The notes under the pieces are model-generated. The model did not search any database. It had not been told where the DNA came from and saw nothing but the letters and a program-made list of their open reading frames with translations. The translations under genes and the position numbers were made by a program. A stretch of DNA of 64,000 bases from Chrysomallon squamiferum (lineage: Eukaryota > Animalia > Mollusca). Position 1 is the stretch's first letter. Each line of letters begins with the position of its first letter. Below are positions 13,695 through 27,900 of this stretch, piece after piece. The stretch spans positions 12,648,001 through 12,712,000 of the forward strand of contig CM022679.1 in assembly GCA_012295275.1 (NCBI GenBank). Direction: 5' to 3'.

Positions 13695-14800
13695 ATGACC
13701 ACAAGACCATCAAGTGTTGGACCTGAGTCTTCTAGTGAGAGTGGTATAGGTCTGCCCACTCTTAATGTTAACAGACAACAAGGACATCCGGACGAATGGA
13801 CGCTACCACACGAATGGAATATTGAAAAAAGGGAAATGTATGAGGTAAATTATGTCTGTGAAATTTCCACCTGAATTTTGTTCTTTACAAATTTATTAAT
13901 AATTGCACTTTTAATACTTAAGTTAAATTATATAATTAAGGTTCAAATTCTTTAAAACAACCTCTTTATGAAATGCAGTAAGTTAAAACTGAAATACGAG
14001 ACAGAAATTATTCGTCTGTTTTTCGTTATTTCATTTGCCTAATTTCGAGTTCAAGCCAGTTCTTTGCGACCGTTTTATGAAAAAACAAAAAAAAAAAAAA
14101 AAAAATGTATTACCTGTTTTCCATCCAGGAAATATCTTATAAAAGATTTTTTTATTCAGCTGACAAGTAGTCCTAATATATATATTTTATTGTCAGTAAT
14201 TTGTATAATTATTACTTGCAGAACTGGAAGATGGATGTACAAAACCAAATTGTGAATATAGCAGAAATTTTGGTGAGTTATGAGAAGTATTAAATATAAT
14301 AAAATAAAAATAATATTTACTGTCTTTTTCTGATATTTTGTTAAATAAATTTCCAGATATTAATTGTTTTATATATTTAATGATTTGTGTTCAGGCCTTA
14401 TTAATAATTCTGTATTATTATTATTATTATTATTATTTTATTTTACTCATTTTATTATTATTCATAGTTATTATATCCGTAGGATAATGTTATATAAAAT
14501 CAATTAATAATAATAAAAAAAAATATTACTACTAGTACTACTACTACTACAACAACAATAATATTGATATTAATGTTGGCAAACAAACAAACAAACACCA
14601 TACAACTTAATAAGTAATTATTTTCGTTCCAGGAATCGTCATTGCAAAGTTATCCTCATCCAGAATTAGGCTCTACACTGAACTACAGAGAACAAATAGC
14701 AAAAATGCAGGAGGAAGCTGAAAGGTTAAAACGAGAAAGATTAGCAGGAACAAAACTTGTTTACGGACTTGCCAGAGAGCCAATGAAAAGCCAGTTCTGA
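13695..14800 (+). CDS. Uncharacterised 122-aa protein; coding exons 13695-13844, 14222-14272, 14633-14800, with a non-coding exon ending at 13159
   Basis: Three phase-0 exons with canonical sites (ttgcag|13682, GAG|gtaaat, ttgcag|14222, TTG|gtgagt, ttccag|14633). They join in frame to MTTRPSSVGPESSSESGIGLPTLNVNRQQGHPDEWTLPHEWNIEKREMYENWKMDVQNQIVNIAEILESSLQSYPHPELGSTLNYREQIAKMQEEAERLKRERLAGTKLVYGLAREPMKSQF*. AATAAA at 14887-14892. Confidence 0.8.
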
Positions 14801-14969
14801 ACAGTGCGAAAACAGTTTAAAACGATCTCAAGGAGCAGAATATGTTCAGTTTTCTTATTACTACTAAATACAGTTTCTAAAATTACAATAAATAATATTC
14901 TGCATATTATACCATTGAAAAATTATATTTCAGATAAAAATTATGCTTTTTTCCTAACAGAATATTTAA

Positions 14970-15017
<48 letters not shown>

Positions 15018-16075
15018 GATTTATGCATGAAAAAAAAAAGACGACAATTAAACTAATTGATATAATTTTGAATTAAATTGTGTGGAATAAAGAAAAAGCT
15101 TAAAATACATTTCCTTTCCTTCCAAATGAATTTTTTTCATTTCTTAAATTACTGTTAAAACATGATGATAATAATATAACAAGCCAGTGTAAAGCATAAA
15201 GATAAAATGCTTCTTTTTAACATGACATCATTTTGAAGAGAGACTCGAAAACCCAACATTACCAGTGTAAAATATTTCAAAGCTGCCATGTTCTTATACT
15301 CTATCATGTGTTGATTTTACATTTTTGTATAAAATGGTGATGAAATAAAATGGAATTCATAAATGTTCGTTATTATATTATAATACCTTATTATTAACAA
15401 AGATTGGTTGTTAGTACAAATAAAATAACATGTCGAATTATTATATGCTGTTGTATTGTTATAATTACATTAATACTATCAAAGGTGCGTTTTTAAATAA
15501 GCACGAATCTGCAAGTTAATAATCTATTTTAAAATAATTTTCTTAGCATGCTATTGTTATAACACGCTTAATCAGATATATTAAAAACACTGTATGACAT
15601 ATTAAAAGATTAATCTGATATATGAAAAGATTAACATTGATACATTAAACAAAAGCATAAACCTTTACATTCTGGCTCAGTGCCATGTGATTCATAAAGC
15701 TTCAGCAAATCTTAATGTTTAAAATGCTTCTGCGAGATGATCGGAAATAACTGCTTGATTATTATACCTGTCATGCACGCACCTCTGACTTTGTTGGAGG
15801 GTTCTGGCTGTAAAATCTGTATTGCTTTAACCTGTTGTCAAACATCTGTGTGAAATCATTTATTTTGCAATGCCAGTCAAACCTTATCTTACGGATACGC
15901 AAGTGTAACTGTGAATATATAGCAACACAAACGTAATTCAGTACAGATCATGGATTAATAAAGAACTACAGACGCGAGTTACAGAAGATAATAGTGGGTT
16001 GGTTTCTTAATTTTTTTTTTTAAATTTTTTTTTTTTAATTTAAAACTGTTTTATTTTTTAATTTTATATATATAT

Positions 16076-16106
<31 letters not shown>

Positions 16107-18143
16107 GTACTTGTCTCTGTGGGTGTATATATATATATATACATACCTTTTGTATGTTTGAAGATGCCTGTTGTTTGTCAGTACATGCAATATACCTGCG
16201 TGCGTGTGTGTGTATTTTGTGTATGGGCGTATGTGTGTGTGTACATACATCCGTGCATGCGCGTGTGATAGCTTTTGTGTTGTATATTGTTCGTACTTGA
16301 ATATATACACGTCCTTCAATAACGAATATAATTCAACAAAATGAGCGACATTCTGTAACATTAGACATATTTTACAGAGATTTAGGTGAGGTTTTATTGC
16401 AGTCTACTTCAGCAAGGTTTATTTTATGAAATGTTTCTTAGTTTGGTACACACTCTGTATCTCAGCTCCGTAGGTCAGATTTAAACCAAATGGTCCACCT
16501 GATCAAATGTAGTCTTTGCTGGCCCTCACTTACTCAGAGACACATAGTCTATGTCTGTCTTTCACAGAATGCTCAAGTGATGGCGAGGTTGTCCACACGG
16601 AGATGGTTTCTGAAACATTTGCTAACCAAAGTTGTTCGACTTACCGTGTCTTTGTTGTACTGTACAGTGTACATTCTGTGTGAGGGGTTTTGTACGTGCA
16701 TGCATATGTTTGTATATATTCGGGTATATTTATTTGTACGTGCGTATATAGCTTTGCGAGTGTGTGTGATTGCGCGCGTATGGTTGTACTTACGTAAGTG
16801 TTTTTTGAATTGTTGTTGTAGTTTTTTTCATTTATTTTTTGTAGGCTTATTATGTACCTGTATGTGACGGCGTTTGTGTGTGCCGGTGTTTTATTTGTGT
16901 ACAGGTATATGTTCTTATTTCCATGTTAAGTGTTTCTACATGTGTGTGAGGATGTTGTCGTGTACGTCGCTAGATATATATAATATATTTGGGCTACGTG
17001 TGTTTCTAGATGGGTTTGTGGATGTACATTCATTCTTATGTACAAACACACACACACACACATATAGTTATATGTATGTTTTAATATATATATTTGTATG
17101 CATTACATATATTTCTTTATAGATATATAAATAATATGTTTCTACGTTAATGTGCATACGAACAAGTTTGTAATGTTTAACCTCATCTTAATTTTTTTTT
17201 CGGTTTCTATAACGATTTACGCAAGTTAAGGAATTACTACAATTGTGCAAAAGTTCCATTCTTGAAGAAGTTAAATATTGTTTTCTTGAAAAGTTAAGTG
17301 TCCATAGTAATCGTTTGTTAATCTTTAACACTATGGAAATAATGTTAACATTTTTAACTGCAGTCGTTGGTGATAAACATCTTTACACCTCGGAGTCTGG
17401 AATTGAAATGATCGTTGTTTCTGTCGTCAAGCCATTTATTCCAAATATATTACATCACACAATGGATTAAAAAGTGTTACCGTTTACTTTTTGGAACGTC
17501 ACTGATTTATATAAACTTGTAAATTTGGGATTGGAGTTAATACTTTTATTTTCATAAATAACAGCATCTATAATTTAATATAAAACTGAACACAATATTA
17601 ATTTTTTTTATATTACATTACAAAATCTCCTAAATTTCAGTGATGCAATTATTATTATTATTAATTAGATACTAATTCGAGTACTTTCGTTTACAATTAT
17701 AAACCCATCGTGATAACTGTGTGCATCCAGAATGATATGTAGATGTATGTGTGATAAACATTCTTTACAGTCTAAATAGAAAGAACAGAGTAAAACAGTT
17801 TAAGATTCATGTTTTTATTCATACTATTGATAAAATCATTCGTTAACAATACTATAAATATTAATATTAAACATATTACAATAATTGATAAAAATCAGTG
17901 TAAAAATTATACAAAAAATGAACAAACTAGACTTTGTTTTATATATAACAAAAATTTCATCCATATATTTATATATTCAAATCTTTAATCACATTGAAAA
18001 CAAACAAAAATAAGTACTATTGAGGATTTACCATGGCATGTTACTTGAATACTCTGGCAATTATTTTTATAATTAGACAGAGCTGATTTTCCTAAACATA
18101 AGTCCAGTAATCAAAATACTCATCTTTTAACAATTAACTGTCT

Positions 18144-20450
18144 TCAGAGTTTAGATGGAGCTAATTTCCCAAACGGAACCCCTGATTTAATTGCTTCGTG
18201 TATTTTATAGTAGTTATTGCTGTCAGTAAGATGAATTCCACCATCTGCAATTACTGTGGTTCCAGTGAGAAGTTCCGCAGCACCAGATACAAGATACAGA
18301 CAGACGTGGCCAATATCAGCTCTTGTTCCCACTCGCTGTACAGGAATTGACTTTATGTAGTCATCAGTTATTAAACCTCCACCTGCAATTTTGATATTGT
18401 TAAGTTTGTATGAAAGGCTGAGAACCACTGTGTCAATAAGTCAACATCAGTAATTTTGATGTCTTGAAGTTTATGGCGATGCTAGGAACAAGGGTGAGAC
18501 AATAAGAGAGTATGAGAGAGAGAGAGAGAGAGACAGTGAGTGAAAAATTAACATGTTGATCAAATTAAACTGTTATTTTCTCCAACTGACTGACAGAGGA
18601 TATTACAGCCACAGAATCCAAGGTAATGTAAATGAAAATATATTGTATAAACAAAAGATAACTATTTAAATAAGACATCAGTTTTAAAAATACTAACCTA
18701 GTTTTCTGTAACCTTCAGTATCCTCAATTGGACCTGGTGCAACACACATAACTCGAACCTTATTTGGGCCCCATTCTACAGCCATATGTTTTGATAAAGC
18801 TTCTGCAGACAGCAAATGAAATTCGTTAATACAACTATTTATACACTGTAGAACTTGCACATATTTAAAAACAGTAGCTAATATTACAATAACTTCAAGT
18901 ACAATAAAAATGATTACTCTAATAATTTTATGTTTGAACTGCCAAAACATATTTTGTTGATTTCCAAGAAATAGTTTTTACTGACCAAACATTGCCAAAA
19001 ATAAAGCAAAAAAAAAAAAAAAAAACAAAAAAAAACAAAGCAAATATAGACTGATATTTTTTCTTCTTTCATGACATTATAGAGACTAAAAAACTTATTT
19101 TGGATTATAAAAAATATTCTAAGTACAAAAGGATGTCAGTCTCAATGGCATGCAGAGGTCTGGTGATGCCCTGGGCCAATTCCTTGACTGTATGCTCCAA
19201 AGACTCAATTACAAGGCTTAGCACTGAGAAATATTATGAGAAAGGAAGATATTTTGAATATGCAAACATAGATGAAAAATAAAATAAACACTTTAATCAA
19301 TTTAAATATAAATCAACCAAATTTATTAAGTTCTTTTCTCTATTTGGATGCCCAAGGTCACCCCCCCTTCTGCACACCACTGGTCAGCCTTTATACTTCA
19401 TCATGAACTTGTAAGTCAGAGTGGAAAACACACTGACAGCTGACACTGTTACAAAATTTATTTTCTGTCATAGCCTACAGAAATCATTGTTACAAATAAA
19501 ATATCTTAATTAACCAATAGCTATCAGTGTTACAAAAACAAATATCTAAGCTAACCAATGGCTGCCTTGGCTGGTCCTGCATGTCCTTGGAAACCTGAAC
19601 CTCTTAGATGAAGTGTTGCTGTGATGTTAATTATTACTCCACCATGTGTCTGACAGAACAAGAAAAACAACAACTGGATATAGTACAGTATTTTAAGATG
19701 ACAATTTAAGAAAATAAATTTTAATAATTTTTCTGATGAAATTATCAATAAATAATAATAATAATAATAACAATAACAAACTGGATGATAATAGAACAAC
19801 AAATAGGATGATGATGATGATGATGATGATAAAAAATAACACCAATAATAGTAATAATAACAATATCTTTAAAAAAATATATTACTGTTGAAATTATCAG
19901 TAATTGATATCTTTTAAAAAGTTATTGATGTAATTATTAATAACATTACATACTAAAATACATTATTATTTTAGTTTTAAATACTTTGTTTCAGTTTAAA
20001 CAAATGGTTAGCCCCCTATAGACTTCTGAACTTCTGTTCCAATTCACATTAGTTACCAATATGAAACAAACAAAAAACATTTATATTTCTCAACTAGTAA
20101 TCAGTAATAGATGATTGTGACAAATATTTTTCATTAATTTAATCTCTTGAGGAATTTATGGATATTAAGCCATCATATAACTGTCAACTTCTTTGATTCC
20201 TTTTTTGGACTAGAGAATTTTTAGGCAGAAAGACAAAATGATTGATAATTTAAAATAATCAAAAGGTCTGTAGAAACAGAAAACCCTCAAATATCATTCA
20301 TATTGTGAACTCAGTGAAGTATTTTTTCTTTAAACTACAAAACTTTCCATCAGTATAAAAACATTATTTGAAAAATGCAACAACTGCCAACAAAAACAGA
20401 AGAAAAAAAACACCAATGAATTTTTTTAATTGATTAAATAATTTTCTTTG

Positions 20451-20483
<33 letters not shown>

Positions 20484-20684
20484 TAATTTGTTCATTCAAA
20501 AAAATTAAAAAATAATTAATTATAATTTATGTAGGTAATATAAGACTTTCTCACTTTGAACCATTTATCAAAGACTGTTTTGCTGACATTGAATGTTCCC
20601 AGTGCATCGATTTCCATCACTGTACGAAATGCATTGAATGACATGTTCTCCAGCGGACACAGAAAGTTACCTGCTGCTCCTGAC

Positions 20685-20718
<34 letters not shown>

Positions 20719-20722
20719 GAAG

Positions 20723-20754
<32 letters not shown>

Positions 20755-22058
20755 ATAAGAATAATAAATAAAGATCATAATACTATTAGCAGTACTATTA
20801 ATAAATATAACAGTAAGAATAATAAATAAAAATAAAAACAACAACAATAGTAACAATAATGACACCATAATATTAGTGCCAAAATAAAAGTAGTGAATGA
20901 CAGTTTCCTGTAGGCAAAAAACCACCACAAGAAAAAATAAAAGATGACAATAAGAAGAAAAATTAAGTAAAATTGTTTTTAATACTAATTAACTTAACTG
21001 AACCATTTGTATATAAAAACAATATATATATATATATAAAATAAAAAAAAATAACTAATGAACATTTAATTTCATAGTGTGATTATTTATAAGAAAACAA
21101 ATGTTTACTAAACTGATTAAAATAAATACAAAAATTTTATATATATATATATATATCAACTATTTTACCAGGGAAACAAATTCATTACTAAATATTTCTG
21201 ATAAACATTCCCTATGTATTTTTTCTACTGAAAATTGGTTTTTTAAATGAAATAAAATGCTTGCAATATATTGTATTTAATGGACTAAATCTTACAAAAA
21301 CAATTATTGGTCAAATAAAACGTTATTGTATGACAAACTTTTATTATTAAAATTAAAAACTAAAAAATCTTCTGTTAAAGATATATTAGTTGATATAATT
21401 TTTTGTTGTTGTTGTTGTAATAATACCATTTATAAACATGAAAAACATCTAGCTAAAATATGTGTTCATATAAAACACACAGTGAATGATAAAAACTGGA
21501 TATATTAAAAACAAATTAACTGATGTAAAATCTTTTTGCAACATACCATTTATGAGAAAATCAATTCTTCCCAGCTGATTCAGTGTTTCTGTCACTGCCT
21601 GCAGTATCTGATCAGGCTGGAATTAAAAAGATCAATCTTTACTAATGATAAAGTATGACATTTAAAATATTAAGTTCATGAAAATGTATTCATGTCAATG
21701 TGAACACATGCACTCACAGACATGCATGTATATTCATATAAACACACATACAATGAAGTGTGGAAAAATACATGACAGATGTAACTAGATGGCAAATGAG
21801 GTACTCAGTCTTTTCAGGTCATTTCTATATTTCTTTGTTCAAAATATCATCACAATAAATGGGAAAATTCATGAATGAATGTTTAACAACACCCCTGCAT
21901 GAAGGAAAAATTCATTTTCCATGCATTATCATGAAGCTTGTTAATCTTAAGAGGTAGTAAAAATTACGTTAATAAATCAAAAACTCAAAATTTTAAAAAG
22001 TCTACTGATTTCATATTTCTATATCTATGTATTATGTATGTATGTATGGATGTAGATT

Positions 22059-22096
<38 letters not shown>

Positions 22097-22902
22097 TGTG
22101 TGTGTGGCATTTGAATTTTATGAGAAAAAATATATTTTTGTTTTCTAATAATGAGCTATTTATAAAATGAATGAACAAAAGCTATTAGTAAGAGCAATGG
22201 GAATGATTTCAGTTAGGTATGGATAGGAGCAGAATTTTGAACTGAGTTCTAGTAATTACAATATTCCTAAGACTTCATTCTAATCTCTGTAGAGGAAGGA
22301 AAACTGGTAATATTCCATAATTATTATCTATGTAAAAGTCTTTTTTTTTTCTATTTTTTAAATATTTGTGTGTGTGTGTGTGTGTGTGTTATTGTCAACA
22401 AAAGGTATATAAAACACACACACACATCTACTATATTCAATATAAAAACTTGGGATTCAACTTCTACTTGGAGCTAGGAACATGAAGCATATTTTGCCAA
22501 CAGTAATAAAAACTTCTGCAGACTTCTGGTTTTAACTACTCAGCTATCAAAATATTACCAATATGAAGTATAGTTAATGTAAAAAATGAAATGTAAAAAC
22601 TACCTTCCTGACATCCATGCTGATTGCAATACATTTTCGTCCTGTGGTATTGGCAAGTGTGACTGATGCTTTTTGTACTCGCTCAATGCTTCGACTCACA
22701 ATAACTGTGTCACAGCCATGTCTTTGAAAAAAAATTTATCAAAAAGTTAATAATTATATACTTAAAACAGTGGAGTTTTATATTACTGAGTATAAAACTG
22801 TCATAAATTTATATTAAAATATGCAAAATAATTTTTTTTAAAATTCACATTTTATCCAAAAATAGAGATTAAAAAGAAAATAAAGAAAAGCCCAACTCAA
22901 TG

Positions 22903-22936
<34 letters not shown>

Positions 22937-23906
22937 ATACAAATAAAGTTATAATGAAAGGAAAGTAACAAAAATAAAATAAAATCCAGTTTATAAATAA
23001 ATGCAGTTGATATAGTCTTTAAATTCTATTTACCAATCATCACTGAATTCCATTTTGTTTTACATATTGAATATTCCATGCAGCCTCCATCTAGTTACAC
23101 ACTTTCAAAAGCCCAGGTTTATAATGATCATTTGAGATTAAAGTGTTCCATACCTCATAAATATTTCTGCAATAGTAAAGCATATCCCTGAACCACCTCC
23201 TGTTATGAAAGCAACCTTTCCTCTGAAAAAACAATAATAATAATAATGATAATAATTTAAAAATAATAATAATAATAATAATAAAAAATAAAATAAAAAT
23301 TATATATAAAAATAATAATAATAATAAAAAATAATAATAATAATAAAAAAATAAAATAAAAATTATATATAAAAATAATAATAAAACAGAAAAATAAATA
23401 AAGAATTATATATATATTGTACATTATTTAACTGAAATACAAATATAAAATACCTAAATTCTGTTGTGGTTAAATACTTATCTTTAACAATGAATAAGTT
23501 TATTATTTATTTTGAATAATTAATAATAATAATAATTAAAATGTGACTTCATTTAGAATATTAACAATTTATAATTATTAATGCTATTAAATTGACTATT
23601 TGCGAATATAAAATGAAAAAAAAAAAAAAAGAAAAAAAAAAATGAAATAAAAAAAAAAATCTAGTTTATGCATATATTCTAAATAGAAAATTTAAATTTA
23701 AAAAGGCGGAAGAAATAAAGGGTCAATGTTATGAATATAATGAGTAATGTCACAATGTAAAAGTACAAACGAAAGAAACGAATGAACATTTTTAACTAAC
23801 TATACCAGTCTAATTACATAATATACCTAAGAATGTCATCTTTAAAAATCGATTTATAATTTGATATGCAGTTTTCTTTTTGAATAGGTTCTGAAGCACG
23901 GGACAT
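18144..23906 (-). CDS. DECR2: Peroxisomal 2,4-dienoyl-CoA reductase, 299 aa, 8 exons (23906-23827, 23222-23154, 22721-22604, 21616-21547, 20679-20555, 19649-19556, 18802-18698, 18382-18144)
   Basis: SDR motifs [113 protein letters not shown]-terminal PTS1 signal SKL. All introns are GT-AG with matching phases; exons total 900 nt. Confidence 0.96.
19143..19382. mobile_element. 240-bp hAT-type MITE in DECR2 intron 6
   Basis: Imperfect 14-bp TIRs CAATGGCATGCAGA / TCTGCACACCACTG (11/14), flanked by an 8-bp target-site duplication GTCAGTCT (19135-19142) / GTCAGCCT (19383-19390). Confidence 0.75.
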
Positions 23907-24425
23907 CGTTCAAAACACTAGGCAGATAATGGAACTGAACTTAACCACTGCTGCAATCTTGTACTGTCGTTGTTACTGATTTATATTAAAATTAGATCCA
24001 TTTATAATGTGGAAAAAGATTATTCTGTTCTTTTATAAATTAATTTTTTTATTTATTTATTTATTTTATGATTTAGTTATTTAGTTATTTATTCATTTAT
24101 TTAATTGTTTGCTATGCAATATGATTTTAAACGAAATAATATAAATGCATTATTTTCCCTTTTCATATCTTTAGAAATTGCATCGCGAAAGGTTAAAATA
24201 ATAATAACTAATAGTATACATTTTTATCCTAATTGATTTCCTTCCTAGAATTTTCAGAATAATTCACATATTATTTTTAAAAGCAAATATAAAACAATGA
24301 GTCTGTCAAAATCAAAAGAGATATTTACTGATGGGTAAATAAATAAATTCGGTTCCTAAACCGTATTAAAATTAGGAATACAACATGTATCATGTGATTA
24401 GCTCGTGACAGCAAGAAAAATAAAA
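23907..24425. promoter_or_regulatory. Bidirectional promoter between DECR2 and HGSNAT, with an M-box/CLEAR-like TCATGTGA at 24390-24397
   Basis: The divergent start codons are only 519 bp apart. TCATGTGA lies about 30 bp upstream of the HGSNAT ATG, and a YY1-like AAAATGGC overlaps that ATG. Confidence 0.65.
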
Positions 24426-24861
24426 ATGGCAGCTTCATACCGAAACAAGACTTTAATTATGTTTTGTATAAGTAAGATATATTTATTTATAATCACTGTA
24501 TATATAGTCGAATACATACATAAAATATTTTCCAAAAAGTTGATTTATATAACTAATTCGTGCATGTATAATTTATTTTACTGTTATGTCTGTAAGTCAC
24601 TAAGTGTTGACATTTCTAATACCCGAACCGAAAGTAACAAATAATGATATGGAAAACATCGATTTCATCTTACTGAAGATTAACTTAACATTGTTTCTGT
24701 GAAAAATTGTTCCTGCCTAAACTACTGTCTCATGTTTTATCAAAGATGTACTTTCATGTTTATGTAAGGCTGTTTATTATTAAAGGTCCCTTGTAAGTTG
24801 TACTTTAGTACTAACAGCAACAATCATTTATTTATTTATTTATTTATTTGTCGTTGTTGTA

Positions 24862-24909
<48 letters not shown>

Positions 24910-27900
24910 GTTAGTCATATGAATCTAGATATAAATATGTAAGTGAATCATTAAATGAAATGTTTCTCTTTAAATAACTGTATTATCACAAAGCCTATAT
25001 TTTATATTACATTCAGTAAAAAAAAAAAAAAAAAAAACATAAAAACAAACAACAAACAAACAACAAGAAAACAAACTTTTAGAATGTTGCTGAACTTGAT
25101 CACAATAACAAAAGTTTGATTGATTTATTGATTGACATAATTATTTATAAATTACTGTTAATTTTTATTTCATGTATTTATTTTATAGTGATGATTTCAC
25201 ACTGCTCAGAAGAAGTGCAGACAGATAGAGCAGAACTGCCTAAGATCTGTAAAAGTGGCAAAACCCCAGCAATAAAGATCAACACAGGACGACTGAGCAT
25301 CATTAACCATCATAATAAAGACATTGTGTTGTACACACAATCAGAAAACTGTTACAAGGTATAATTATGTATAAATTACTATTCCAGATTAAATAACAGT
25401 GTTTAATTACAGTACATGTAACAACTGTGTGGATTATTTAGTTCATCTTTAATCTGTAAAAAGTAATAGTTGTACATGATAGTAGACCAGAATACTTTCT
25501 TAAATTTAGTTTTCTTAAAACATATTTTTTATATAATTAAATAAAATAAAGCAGTGTTTCTTTGGATGAGATCTAGTGTAAAAGAAAATAATATTTAGAC
25601 TTTTGGTGGTTTATAATAGACAAACATATACATATGCAAAACACAAAAACACCCACATACAGAGAGAGAGAGTATTACATAAAACAGTAATAAAATATAG
25701 ATAATTTCCTTGCGTAATATAATAAGTTGCTTAACAATGTATTGTAGTAAAAGTGAAGATGCTGGTTTGCAAAATTATTTCTGGTTTTAATTCTTCATTT
25801 GTAACTTCAGTGCAACCTCATTGCAACAAATGTGATAAAGGAATTGGAAAACTGCACCTTGCTTGTAGATTCTCGCTGGCCAACACGAATTGATATTCAG
25901 TTTGATAATAATACCAGTTTACAAAATTCAGATAGCTCTTGCAGGTTAGTACATGATTTAAAAAGACACCAATTAAATCCAAAATTTTGTTCTAATAATT
26001 TGATATTTAATCTCTCTAATGATATTTTCTACTTTAATAACACAGCAGAAATGAATCACATAATTGTGTTATTTGGGACTGTTTGACTTGAGTGGTAAAA
26101 GTGAAGTACAGGATTAACTAAAATGAAGGAAGATTTTGAAATTTAATTACCAGTAAATAATGATTGGTTTCCTCCTCCAATCTCCAAATTTTATTATGAC
26201 AACCAATCCTCTGTTGATAGACATGTAATGATTTATGTCAAATGTTAAAAATACTTTAAATTACTATTAAAATTTAAAATATAAACCATGCATGTAAATC
26301 AGTGATTCTCTCATACAGTTTGCTTTCAAACTTTTAAACATTGTTGAGACGCCTCAAAAGCTTTTGTTTATATAATTAGTGAAAACATCTTAATAATATT
26401 ATGAAAATTGTTTTTACTCAGGGCTAACCATTAATGGTATGAGGTCTGTACTTTTGAGACTAGCTGATACTCAGCAATAATGACATACAATGCTTTCTTT
26501 CATTTCTGTTTGTATTTTTCAGTTTTACAAAGTTATTCCTTGAACAAGGACAGTATGTTCTGCATGTTAACTTAGATAATGATGATGCAAATTTGATTTG
26601 TAATGGACCCATTCTTGAAAATGATCCAATGGATAGCAATATTCGTATGTTATCAGTTTAATAATAGTTTAACAGTTTAATAAATAAAAACTAAAATTAA
26701 GACAGCTCTGTTCTTGTGGAAGAGCTTATGTGAATATTTATCAGTTGAATAAAACCTCAGACCTTTTAAGTTAAAATTTCACCTTGTAATTATTAAATGA
26801 ACAATCAGATGAATAAATGTTTATTTATATGATAAAACAGAGCTTTTTGCTCTCAACTGTTCAAATGAAATTAATAAACAACTAAATAAATGTTTTACAT
26901 ACCTGATGACACCTTAGTTAATTTTGATTTCTAACCTGTAGTTTAATAAGCATGTGAGTGAATGTTTATTTATTTCAATTTTAATTTTAACAGTTCAGTT
27001 TGGAATAAATAAATTAATTAATTAATTAATGAAAAAATATGAATTCTTATGTTTAATCTGTAGATTAATGAATAAAAATAAATGTTACCTCCTTATTACA
27101 GACAACTCAGAGCATTTTAATTTTGACACTTCTGCTAAAATGAATTAATATGTCTTTTTTAATTTTTATATTTATTTATTTATTTATTTATTTATTATAA
27201 TGGTATTATCATTTTAAACAAGACACTAACAAGGGTCTTCAGTGGATTTTAATTTTAACAAATTTTGTGTATTTATTACGTGGTATTATTTTACAGTGTC
27301 TTTTATTAGGCTAATTTCAGTAGCAATATAATTATATCTTTAAAAGATTGTTTATGAATTTATTTATTTATGTTTATTTATTTTATTTTTTTTCAGCAAT
27401 CTATGTTGCCTTAGCAATAGGCTTAGTTGTATCACTTATCTGGATTTTGTTGAAATTTTTATACAGGTTTGTATATAGAGGAAATAAAGTTTTCTGAATT
27501 CATATCTTTAAGCTAATATATATATCATTAATGATTAAGCAGTATTATTAACTTAGTATTAGATTAATAAATTTTTAAAATTTAACCTGACATTTTTCTA
27601 AATTAAATTCATAAACTGTTTTGACTAATTTGTTTTGTGGTCATTTGATGTACATGGAAGAAAAATGTCTTGTTCTATTAACAGTAGTCAAGATATTGAT
27701 TTATATTATTACTGTATTTAATAAAGTTGTACTGTATCATTATGTTTATCGAATCATTGTCATCATCATCATCATCATCATCATCTCTGTTATTGTTGTT
27801 ATTATTTATTATTGTTACTATCACTGAAAATGATTCTTGATCTCACATTATTTCAGTTAGCTGTAATAATTTGAAAAAACAAAATCACATTTCTCTTTCA

